Positions 18,967 to 27,480 of a DNA stretch of 64,000 nucleotides are shown piece after piece. Numbering within the stretch: position 1 is the first letter of the stretch; every line of letters starts with the position of its first letter. Where the stretch lies: the NCBI GenBank assembly GCA_002694685.1, contig NZMW01000012.1, positions 98,556 to 162,555 of the forward strand, given 5' to 3'. Origin of the DNA: Balneola sp. (GTDB lineage: Bacteria; Bacteroidota; Rhodothermia; Balneolales; Balneolaceae). Below the pieces are notes generated by a model that saw only the letters and a program-made list of their open reading frames with translations, was not told where the DNA came from and did not search any database. The translations under genes and the position numbers were made by a program.

Positions 18967-19752
18967 TTATTCGTTAGCAGGTTTTCCAATGGTAGCCAAA
19001 ATACCGCCATCAACATATACGACCTGTCCATTTACAAAATCGCTGGCTTTAGAGGATAGAAATACTGCAGTTCCTGCTAGATCAGAAGGATCTCCCCAAC
19101 GCCCGGCTGGCGTTCTCTGAATAATAAATTCATTAAAAGGATGCCCGTCTTTTCGGATAGGCTCTGTTTGAGAAGTCGCAAAATATCCCGGACCAATTCC
19201 GTTTGTTTGAATATTATGCTTAGCCCATTCAGTAGCCATATTCTTGGTAAGCATTTTTAATCCACCCTTAGCAGCTGCGTAAGCTCCTACGGTATCACGA
19301 CCTAATTCCGTCATCATTGAGCAGATATTAATGATTTTACCTTCTCCACGAGGAATCATGTGTTTTACAACCTGCTTAGCCATGATAAAAGGTCCAACCA
19401 GATCTACATCAATTACCCGGCGGTAATCTTCGACATCCATATCTTCTAAGGGGACTCGTTTTATTATACCCGCATTGTTTACAAGGATATCTATGGGTCC
19501 AATTTCATCCTCAATTTTGTCAACGTGCTCTTTGGCTTTCTTTTCATCGGTTACGTCAAAGATAAAACCATGAACGGTGTAACCCTCTGATCGGTATTCT
19601 TCCAGAGCTTTCTCCATTTTTTCAGGAGTAGTACCATTGATGATTAATTCTGCTCCGGCCTCGGCTAATCCTTTAGCCATAGCCATACCCAAGCCGTGGG
19701 TTGCACCAGTTACAAAAGCTGGTTTTCCGCTTAAATCAAATAGTGAACTCAT
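18967..19752 (-). CDS. kduD: SDR: 2-dehydro-3-deoxy-D-gluconate 5-dehydrogenase (gluconate-5-dehydrogenase-like), KduD by context
   Basis: TGATHGLG, NNAGIIKR, YAAAKGG, GPGYFAT; immediately downstream of kduI. Confidence 0.85.
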   Translation of the reverse strand: MSSLFDLSGKPAFVTGATHGLGMAMAKGLAEAGAELIINGTTPEKMEKALEEYRSEGYTVHGFIFDVTDEKKAKEHVDKIEDEIGPIDILVNNAGIIKRVPLEDMDVEDYRRVIDVDLVGPFIMAKQVVKHMIPRGEGKIINICSMMTELGRDTVGAYAAAKGGLKMLTKNMATEWAKHNIQTNGIGPGYFATSQTEPIRKDGHPFNEFIIQRTPAGRWGDPSDLAGTAVFLSSKASDFVNGQVVYVDGGILATIGKPANE

Positions 19753-19815
19753 GATAGTATTACTAATTAGTTAGATATTGCTTTCAAATGCATTAAGGCG
19801 TTCTTAGTGATCTAC

Positions 19816-20655
19816 TTACTTGAGATCCTGAATTTTTACATGATCCATATCGCCATAATCAAGATTCTCACCATTCATAGCCCAAATAAAAGTATAGTTA
19901 CTTGTTCCAGATCCACAGTGAATAGACCATGGGGGAGAAAGAACGGCTTGATTGTTCTTCATAAAGATATGTCGGGTATTTTGTGGTTCCCCCATAAAGT
20001 GGCAAACAGCATGCTCTTCAGGAACTTCAAAATAAAAATAAGCTTCCATGCGTCGGTCATGAACATGAGCTGGCATGGTGTTCCAAACACTACCGGTCTC
20101 AAGCTGGGTCATTCCCATTTGAAGTTGACAAGTGTCAACAATGCTATTTACGATTAATTTGCGAATTACTCGGTGATTGGCTGTTTCCAGAGACCCAAGC
20201 TCAACAACTTCCGCATCGGCTTGTGATACTTTTTTAGTAGGGAAGGCTTTGTGAGCAGGTGCAGAGTTGAAATAGAAGAGAGGTTGATTTCCATCTTTTT
20301 GGTGAAAAGTGACTTCTTCCTCACCGCGACCAACATATATTGCTTCCTTAAAATCAATTTCATATTCAGTGTCGCCAACTTTAACAATACCCGGCTCACC
20401 TACATTAATTACTCCCAGTTCACGTCGCTCTAGAAAGAAGTTTGCTTTAAGCGGGTCAATGGTTTCCAATTTAAGAGGAGAAGAACCAGGCTTAGCACCA
20501 CCTACAACTTGACGCCCATAAAACGAGTATACCATATTGATCTCACCATCAACGAAAAGATCTTCAATCAGGAAGTCTTCACGAAGGCGATCGGTACCAT
20601 AGTTCTTGACGTCTTCTGGATTTGCAGCGTATCTGACAGAATAATTAACAGACAT
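19816..20655 (-). CDS. kduI: 4-deoxy-L-threo-5-hexosulose-uronate ketol-isomerase
   Basis: FLERRELGVINVG, CQLQMGMT, WNTMPAHVHDRRMEAYFYF, SPPWSIHCGSGT, GENLDYGDMD. Confidence 0.97.
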   Translation of the reverse strand: MSVNYSVRYAANPEDVKNYGTDRLREDFLIEDLFVDGEINMVYSFYGRQVVGGAKPGSSPLKLETIDPLKANFFLERRELGVINVGEPGIVKVGDTEYEIDFKEAIYVGRGEEEVTFHQKDGNQPLFYFNSAPAHKAFPTKKVSQADAEVVELGSLETANHRVIRKLIVNSIVDTCQLQMGMTQLETGSVWNTMPAHVHDRRMEAYFYFEVPEEHAVCHFMGEPQNTRHIFMKNNQAVLSPPWSIHCGSGTSNYTFIWAMNGENLDYGDMDHVKIQDLK

Positions 20656-20675
20656 AATAGTTAGTTTTTAATTTT

Positions 20676-20691
20676 GTGTAATCGATTGCAC
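20676..20691. promoter_or_regulatory. Motif B operator upstream of kduI (GTGTAATCGATTGCAC)
   Basis: Near-perfect 16-bp palindrome about 20 nt upstream of the kduI ATG; TATAAT on the minus strand at 20705-20710. Confidence 0.8.
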
Positions 20692-20832
20692 TGAATATAT
20701 AAAAATTATACCTTTTTACCAGAGACAGAGTTTATTGTTTCTCAACGGTAACTGAATAATTATGCTATCAAACTGTTGCAAAAGCGCTTTTACTTTTTTG
20801 TACAATGAAGTGACTGATTATACTTGAGTAAA

Positions 20833-20846
20833 TGCAATCGATTGAA
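20833..20846. promoter_or_regulatory. Motif B operator upstream of the VOC gene (TGCAATCGATTGAA)
   Basis: Third copy of CAATCGATTG, about 40 nt upstream of ATG 20883. Confidence 0.75.
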
Positions 20847-20882
20847 TTAATTATTCCATGAATACTCAAAAATATTATTTTA

Positions 20883-21278
20883 ATGAAGATTGAGCACTTT
20901 GCTTTTAATGTTGACGATCCTATAAAAATGTGCGATTGGTATGTAGACCATTTAGGATTGACTGTAGTCAGAAAACAAGAAGAAGCTCCTTTTACTGTAT
21001 TTCTGGCTGATAGCAGCGGAAGGGTGATGATTGAAGTCTATAATAATCCACCAGAAGAAGTACCTGATTATAAGAGTATGAATCCTTTGCTACTTCATCT
21101 TGCCTTCGTTTCTGAAAACCCAGCCAAAGATAAGAAGAGGTTAATGGAGGCAGGAGCCACCCTGGTATCTGATGAGATACTTGAAGATGGCTCTCATTTG
21201 GTTATGCTCCGTGACCCTTGGGGTTTTGCGATACAGTTTTGCAAGCGAGCAAAGAATATGATTACTGAAAAAGAGTAA
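20883..21278 (+). CDS. VOC/glyoxalase-fold protein
   Basis: KIEHFAFNV, MIEVY, LHLAF, LRDPWGFAIQF; cytoplasmic, 131 aa. Confidence 0.85.
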   Translation: MKIEHFAFNVDDPIKMCDWYVDHLGLTVVRKQEEAPFTVFLADSSGRVMIEVYNNPPEEVPDYKSMNPLLLHLAFVSENPAKDKKRLMEAGATLVSDEILEDGSHLVMLRDPWGFAIQFCKRAKNMITEKE

Positions 21279-21290
21279 AAATTTTCGTAT

Positions 21291-21305
21291 TTAAGTTACC
21301 GGTTA
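21291..21305. promoter_or_regulatory. Motif A operator upstream of the GH105 operon (TTAAGTTACCGGTTA)
   Basis: Same TTAAGTTACCGGTTAAA string as at 45906-45922. Confidence 0.8.
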
Positions 21306-21374
21306 AAATAACTAGTATTTAGTATATAGAAGCACTGTAGTTTATCACTTAATTAGAATTGTTGGGCATAAAAC

Positions 21375-22553
21375 ATGAAGACTCTCTTATTATCCGTTCT
21401 CACATTATTAACGGCCTGTTCGCCAGTAACCAGTCAGATTATATCTGAAGATCAGAAATGGTCGGAGCGCATGGCGTTATCCATTATGGAAAGAAATCCT
21501 GATCCGGTTTATATGGATTTCAGGGATGAACCAAAGTGGGAGTATACCTTTGGATTAGTATTGAAATCTATTGAAAAAGTATGGAAGGCAACAGGTGATG
21601 ATCAGTATCTGGAATATATTGATGCCTACTACGATTTCATGATTGAGGAAGATGGCACCATCAAAAAATATGATATCAAGAATTTTAATATAGATCGCGT
21701 TGCTCCGGGTAGGGCTTTGTTTGCACTCTATGATGAGACGGGCAAAGAGAAGTACAAAGACGCTATTGAACAGCTTCGGTATCACCTTGAATATCAGCCG
21801 AGAAACCACTTGGGTGGATTTTGGCACAAACACCGCTATCAATGGCAAATGTGGCTGGATGGTGCCTATATGGGAGCTCCGTTCTACGCTGAGTACAATC
21901 AAAGAAATGGGGATTACGAGAGCTATGATGACGTAGCACTTCAGATTAAACTGATGTTTGAATATATGCGGGACCCTGAAACTGGTCTGCTTTATCACGG
22001 CTGGGATCAAAGTAAAACGCAGAGCTGGGCCGATCCTGAAACGGGACTTTCGCCCAATTTCTGGGGACGTGCAATGGGTTGGTATGCAATGGCTATTGTA
22101 GATGTGCTGGACTATTTCCCAAAAAACCACCCTCAGCATGATGATCTGACAATCATCTTGGAAGAGCTAGTTGAAGCACTGGAGAAATATCAGGATGAAG
22201 AGTCTGGAGTGTGGTATCAGGTGGTAGATCAGGGAGACCGTGAAGGCAACTATTTAGAAGCCTCTGCTTCAATAATGTTTACTTATGCCATCAAGAAAGG
22301 AGCAAATGAAGGATATCTGGATGAATCTTACCACGATTTTGCTGAAGTAGCTTTTCAGGGCATTTTGGATGAGTTTATTGAAGTAGATGAGGACGGCCTT
22401 GTCAATATAAATCATGTTTGTGCGGTAGCTGGTTTGGGTGGAGATCCATATCGAGACGGTACCTATGAGTATTATGTGAATGAGAGAATTCAGGTAAACG
22501 ATACCAAAGCCACAGGTCCATTTATAAAATTAAGTCTAGAGATGGATCGATAA
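21375..22553 (+). CDS. GH105 unsaturated (rhamno)galacturonyl hydrolase, lipoprotein
   Basis: LTAC lipobox; NIDRVAPG, GGFWHK, MWLDGAYMG, LLYHGWD, FWGRAMGW, YLEASAS, VCAVAGLGG (YteR-like). Confidence 0.92.
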   Translation: MKTLLLSVLTLLTACSPVTSQIISEDQKWSERMALSIMERNPDPVYMDFRDEPKWEYTFGLVLKSIEKVWKATGDDQYLEYIDAYYDFMIEEDGTIKKYDIKNFNIDRVAPGRALFALYDETGKEKYKDAIEQLRYHLEYQPRNHLGGFWHKHRYQWQMWLDGAYMGAPFYAEYNQRNGDYESYDDVALQIKLMFEYMRDPETGLLYHGWDQSKTQSWADPETGLSPNFWGRAMGWYAMAIVDVLDYFPKNHPQHDDLTIILEELVEALEKYQDEESGVWYQVVDQGDREGNYLEASASIMFTYAIKKGANEGYLDESYHDFAEVAFQGILDEFIEVDEDGLVNINHVCAVAGLGGDPYRDGTYEYYVNERIQVNDTKATGPFIKLSLEMDR

Positions 22554-22572
22554 TCAACCGGAGTTATTTATT

Positions 22573-23940
22573 ATGATGTTGAAACAAGCCTCCTGTATTT
22601 TTCAGACATTTTTAGTTGGGGTCATTTGTTTCTCAACAATTCCTTTGGCCGCACAAACACTCGCATTTCCAGGAGCGGAAGGGTATGGGAAATATACAAC
22701 AGGGGGCCGAGGTGGTGAGGTTATTTACGTTGACAACCTGAATGACTCCGGACCGGGCAGCTTCAGAGCAGCTGTGGAAAAAGAAGGTCCCCGAATCGTT
22801 GTCTTTTCAGTTTCTGGTACTATCAAGTTGGAGTCTCCCATCATCATCTATTCAGGTGACTTGACAATTGCGGGACAAACCGCTCCCGCCGGAGGCATCA
22901 CCATTCGAGACTATACGGTTGAACTGGAAACAAATAATGTAATTGTACGGTTTATGCGGTTTCGGCTCGGGGATATTCATGAATTAGCAGCCGACGCTTT
23001 CAGCGCTACTGAAGTTAAGGATATCATTATCGATCACTGTTCAATGAGCTGGGGTATTGATGAAGTTTCTTCCTTTTATAGAAACCAAAACTTTACGCTG
23101 CAATGGAGCATTATTTCTGAATCACTGAGAGATTCATATCATCCTAAAGGACGGCACGGATATGGAGGTATTTGGGGCGGGCAAAAAGCGACGTTCCACC
23201 ACAATCTGATTGCCCACCATAGCAGCCGAAATCCTCGTTTAGCAGATTCTGATTACGATTCTCGCCCCACTAACCGCCAGGTAGATTTTTATAACAATGT
23301 GATTTACAACTGGGGATTCAACAGTATCTATGGTGGCGAGATGGGTGAGCATAATATCGTGAATAACTACTTTAAAGCGGGGCCCGCTACCGATGATGAT
23401 GTTTCAGATCGTATCGTAAATCCATCAACACCCTATGGTAAGTTTTTTGTGGAAGGAAATATTGTTGAAGGCTTTCCGGAAGTTACCGGGAACAACTGGT
23501 CGGGAGGTGTTCAAGCTAAAAATGCCCAAGAAGCCAAGGCAGTTAATCCGTTCAGTTTTGATTCAGGAATTGCAAAACCAGCTTCTTCTATTCTGGATAA
23601 TTTGTTACCCACAGTGGGAGCTAGCCTGCACAGAGACGTTGTAGATGAACGAATTGTAAGAGAAGTGAAAACAGGAACGGCTACTTACACCGGTTCAGTT
23701 GGAGGGTTAAAAGGAATTATCGATTCGCAAAAAGATGTGGGCGGTTGGCCGGAATTAGAGCAAGGTGAGCCCCAAAAAGATACGGACAAAGATGGTATGC
23801 CTGATATTTGGGAACAACAAAATGGTTTAAATATGAATCAACCATCGGATGCTATTTTATATACCCTCAACGAGGATTACACAAATATTGAAGTGTATTT
23901 GAATGAACGGGTGCAAGATATTATCAACCCAAAAAAATAG
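22573..23940 (+). CDS. PL1 pectate lyase without a CTD (periplasmic by inference)
   Basis: AFPGAEGYG..TTGGRGG, IIDHCSMSWGIDE, HHSSRNPR, YNNVIYNWG, DTDKDGMPD. Confidence 0.92.
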   Translation: MMLKQASCIFQTFLVGVICFSTIPLAAQTLAFPGAEGYGKYTTGGRGGEVIYVDNLNDSGPGSFRAAVEKEGPRIVVFSVSGTIKLESPIIIYSGDLTIAGQTAPAGGITIRDYTVELETNNVIVRFMRFRLGDIHELAADAFSATEVKDIIIDHCSMSWGIDEVSSFYRNQNFTLQWSIISESLRDSYHPKGRHGYGGIWGGQKATFHHNLIAHHSSRNPRLADSDYDSRPTNRQVDFYNNVIYNWGFNSIYGGEMGEHNIVNNYFKAGPATDDDVSDRIVNPSTPYGKFFVEGNIVEGFPEVTGNNWSGGVQAKNAQEAKAVNPFSFDSGIAKPASSILDNLLPTVGASLHRDVVDERIVREVKTGTATYTGSVGGLKGIIDSQKDVGGWPELEQGEPQKDTDKDGMPDIWEQQNGLNMNQPSDAILYTLNEDYTNIEVYLNERVQDIINPKK

Positions 23941-23947
23941 ATTTTCT

Positions 23948-25621
23948 ATGAAAATATTAGGGAGACGAATTCTTTTTTATGTCAGCTGCATCGTTTTTTT
24001 GGGTTACTTTCAAAGCAATCCGGTGTTAGCTCAGAATCAAGAAGTATCAGATGTATGGGTACCCGATAATGGTGATGGAACCTACACTAACCCCATCATT
24101 CATGCAGATTATTCAGACCCCGACGTGGTAAAAGTGGGGGATGATTTTTATATGACTTCCTCTAGCTTCAATGCTGTTCCAGCTCTTCCAATCCTTCACT
24201 CCAAAGATTTAGTGAATTGGGAATTAGTGAATCACGCCGTAAAAGAACTTCCGCCCGTAGAACATTTCAGAACCCCACAGCATGGGAATGGAGTATGGGC
24301 ACCAAGTATTCGCTACCATGACGGAGAATTTTATATTTACTGGGGCGACCCTGATTTCGGAATTTATATGGTGAAAACGGATGACCCTGAAGGGGATTGG
24401 GAAGAGCCTGTTTTAGTTAAGCCCGGTAAAGGGTTGATCGATCCGTCTCCGCTTTGGGATGAGGACGGAAAAGCATACTTGGTCCATGCATTTGCCCGAA
24501 GCCGTTCAGGAATAAATACAGTACTCGTGGTTCAGGAAATGGCAGCTGACGGTACAAAGATGATTGGCAAACCCGTACTGGCTTTTGATGGTCATGAAAA
24601 TGGTAATCGCGTTGTAGAAGGGCCAAAATTCAAGAAGCGGGGCGATTGGTATTACATTTTAGCTCCTGCTGGTGGTGTAACGGAAGGCTGGCAGCTGGCG
24701 TTGCGCTCAAAAAATGTGTTTGGTCCATATGAGCATAAGCGAGTTTTACAGCAAGGAGACACGGAAGTGAATGGCCCACATCAGGGTGGATTGGTAGAAC
24801 TTGATTCGGGAGAATCATGGTTTGTGCACTTTCAGGATAAAGGAGTATATGGACGAATTGTACATCTGAACCCTGTTGAATGGGAAGATGGCTGGCCAAT
24901 GATGGGCGTGGATAGTAATAATGATGGTGTAGGTGTACCTGTTTTAACTCACAAAAAACCGGATGTAGGAAAGAACTATCCCATTCAGTCACCGGCAGAA
25001 TCAGATGAATTTGACACAAAAGAGTTAGGATTACAGTGGCAATGGCATGGGAATCCAGAATCAACCTGGGCGCTGACATCCAACTTTGGGTTCATCCGTT
25101 TGTATGGAAGACCTGTGCCTGAAGGGGCCCGAAATCTTTGGGATGTCCCGAATCTGCTTTTGCAGAAATTCCCGGCGCCTGAATTTACCGCTACAACGAA
25201 ATTAAAATTCACCCCACACATGATTGGCGAAAAATCCGGTTTAGTAGTGATGGGCGAAGATTACAGCTATATAGCTATTGAGCGAGGAGAGAGTGGTTTG
25301 CAAGTTAAGCAGGTAAATACCACCGGAGCCGATGCAGGTGAACCTGAAGAAGTTAACGAAAGTATTGAGGTAGAAACCAATACCGTTTGGTTTCGTGCAG
25401 AAGTTCAGGAAGGTGGGCTTACCACATTTAGCTACAGCACCGATGGGAACATGTTTAAACCATTAGGAAAAGAATTTCAGGCTAAAGAAGGGCGCTGGAT
25501 TGGGGCTAAAGTGGGCATATTTGCCAGTCAACCCCGAGATGGAGATTCTGATGACTATCTGGATTACTCGAGCCAGCACTCAGGCTTTGCTGATGTTGAT
25601 TGGTTTAGAATTTCACAATAA
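23948..25621 (+). CDS. GH43 glycoside hydrolase (beta-xylosidase/arabinofuranosidase type) with C-terminal beta-sandwich
   Basis: NPIIHADYSDPDV, GVWAPSIR, IDPSPLWD, EGPK, GPHQGG, WQW...GAKVGIFA. ATG 23948 follows the PL1 stop. Confidence 0.9.
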   Translation: MKILGRRILFYVSCIVFLGYFQSNPVLAQNQEVSDVWVPDNGDGTYTNPIIHADYSDPDVVKVGDDFYMTSSSFNAVPALPILHSKDLVNWELVNHAVKELPPVEHFRTPQHGNGVWAPSIRYHDGEFYIYWGDPDFGIYMVKTDDPEGDWEEPVLVKPGKGLIDPSPLWDEDGKAYLVHAFARSRSGINTVLVVQEMAADGTKMIGKPVLAFDGHENGNRVVEGPKFKKRGDWYYILAPAGGVTEGWQLALRSKNVFGPYEHKRVLQQGDTEVNGPHQGGLVELDSGESWFVHFQDKGVYGRIVHLNPVEWEDGWPMMGVDSNNDGVGVPVLTHKKPDVGKNYPIQSPAESDEFDTKELGLQWQWHGNPESTWALTSNFGFIRLYGRPVPEGARNLWDVPNLLLQKFPAPEFTATTKLKFTPHMIGEKSGLVVMGEDYSYIAIERGESGLQVKQVNTTGADAGEPEEVNESIEVETNTVWFRAEVQEGGLTTFSYSTDGNMFKPLGKEFQAKEGRWIGAKVGIFASQPRDGDSDDYLDYSSQHSGFADVDWFRISQ

Positions 25622-25631
25622 AAACGAACTT

Positions 25632-26408
25632 ATGAAGAGTATTAAAGTGAATAGAAGGGTTATAACAGGAAGCTTACTAATAGCAGTTTCGGTAATCTTG
25701 GTTACGATGGCCTTCACCCCGAAACAAACTCCAACCATATATTTAGTTGGAGATTCGACAATGTCGGATAAGCGGATTTCTTCTTATCCGGAAACGGGTT
25801 GGGGAATGCCTTTTCAGTATTATTTCACGGATGAAGTTGAAGTTGAAAATCACGCAAGAAACGGCCGTAGTACTCGTACATTTATTGAAGAAGGTCGATG
25901 GGAAACCATCAAAGAAACCCTGAAAGAAGGCGATTTTGTGATGATTCAGTTTGGGCACAATGATGAAGTTCCAACCAAAACAAGATATACTCCTCCAGAG
26001 CAATTTCAGCAGTTTCTTCGCCAGTATATAAGTGAGAGCCGAGCGGTTGATGCACATCCAATTTTATTGACCCCAATCACACGAAGGCAGTTTGATGAAA
26101 ACGGGCAAGTGAAAGAAACGCATGAGCAATATTCTGAATTGATGCGGGAAGTAGCCGAATCAGAAGGAGTACCGTTAATTGATATGGATAGAAAAAGTCA
26201 GGCAATGCTGACTGAGATCGGGGAAGAAAAATCAAAGCTTCTGTTTTTGCAGCTAGAACCGGGACAGAACCCCAACTACCCTGATGGAGTTACGGACAAT
26301 ACCCATTTCAGTGAAACCGGCGCCCGCATGATGGCTGAACTGGTACTTAAAGGTTTAGAAGAACTGGACCATGAACTGGCCAAATATATTGTTGAAGGCG
26401 AGGATTAA
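25632..26408 (+). CDS. CE12 SGNH rhamnogalacturonan/pectin acetylesterase
   Basis: LVGDSTM, GWG, NHARNGRSTRTF, QFGHND, DNTHF. ATG 25632 follows the GH43 stop. Confidence 0.92.
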   Translation: MKSIKVNRRVITGSLLIAVSVILVTMAFTPKQTPTIYLVGDSTMSDKRISSYPETGWGMPFQYYFTDEVEVENHARNGRSTRTFIEEGRWETIKETLKEGDFVMIQFGHNDEVPTKTRYTPPEQFQQFLRQYISESRAVDAHPILLTPITRRQFDENGQVKETHEQYSELMREVAESEGVPLIDMDRKSQAMLTEIGEEKSKLLFLQLEPGQNPNYPDGVTDNTHFSETGARMMAELVLKGLEELDHELAKYIVEGED

Positions 26409-26490
26409 TGATAATCAGTGGGGAATACGTTTTTAAAGTGAATTAATTCGGAAAACAATATTGGAGTCTAAACTGATGAAGGTTAAAAGA

Positions 26491-27462
26491 ATGAGTAATA
26501 GGACAACAAGCTTTCTCCTGACTTTGATATCGGTTTTTTTATTCACTGAGGTATTTGCACAAGGGTATGAAACCGAGTTTATAGTTTCTCAAGACGGAAG
26601 TGGTGACTACACTAGTATACAGGCAGCCATTGACGGTGCTAAATCATATCCATACGAGCGCATCACAATCTATGTAAGGGATGGGGTGTATAAAGAAAAG
26701 GTGAAGGTGCACGCCTGGAATACCAAGCTTTCCATAATCGGGGAAAGTAAAGAGAATACAATTATTACTTTTTCCGATTATTTTGATAGTGTTGACCGGG
26801 GCAGAAATAGCACCTTTCATACCTACACTTTTTTGGTTGATGCGAATGATTTTCATGCTGAGAACCTCACCATAGAAAATAGTGCAGGAGAAGTGGGTCA
26901 GGCAGTAGCGCTACATGTGGAAGGTGACCGGGTTTCTTTTGAAAACTGCAACCTGCTGGGAAATCAGGACACCGTGTATTTAGCAGGTGAGGGGAATCGT
27001 AATTATTTCAGAAATTGCTATATAGAAGGCACTACTGACTTTATTTTTGGTGGAGCAACCGCTTATTTTGAAGACTCCGAAATTTACAGTAAATCAAACT
27101 CCTACATCACCGCAGCCTCCACGCCAGAAAATCAGGAATACGGATTTGTATTTCAGAATTGCAGCCTAACTGCTGCCGAAGGTATAGATGAAGTTTACTT
27201 AGGACGCCCATGGAGAAATTTTGCACAAACAGTATTTCTGAATACCCGGATGGGTTCTCACATCCTCCCTGAGGGCTGGGATAATTGGGGTAAGGCAGAA
27301 GCAGAATCAAGTGCTTTTTATGGGGAATTTAGTACCAAAGGACCCGGTGCTAATTCAGGCAAAAGAGTAGATTGGAGTCATCAGCTTACTAAAAAACAGG
27401 CTGAAAATTACACCAAAGAGCGAGTTTTTGGAAATTGGGATCCTGAAATCGAGAGTCAATAA
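26491..27462 (+). CDS. CE8 pectin methylesterase, single domain with signal peptide
   Basis: DGSGDYTSIQAAID, GQAVAL, GNQDTVY, GTTDFIFG, YLGRPW. The start could also be ATG 26476. Confidence 0.93.
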   Translation: MSNRTTSFLLTLISVFLFTEVFAQGYETEFIVSQDGSGDYTSIQAAIDGAKSYPYERITIYVRDGVYKEKVKVHAWNTKLSIIGESKENTIITFSDYFDSVDRGRNSTFHTYTFLVDANDFHAENLTIENSAGEVGQAVALHVEGDRVSFENCNLLGNQDTVYLAGEGNRNYFRNCYIEGTTDFIFGGATAYFEDSEIYSKSNSYITAASTPENQEYGFVFQNCSLTAAEGIDEVYLGRPWRNFAQTVFLNTRMGSHILPEGWDNWGKAEAESSAFYGEFSTKGPGANSGKRVDWSHQLTKKQAENYTKERVFGNWDPEIESQ

Positions 27463-27480
27463 ATAACCAGGGACTGAGCT

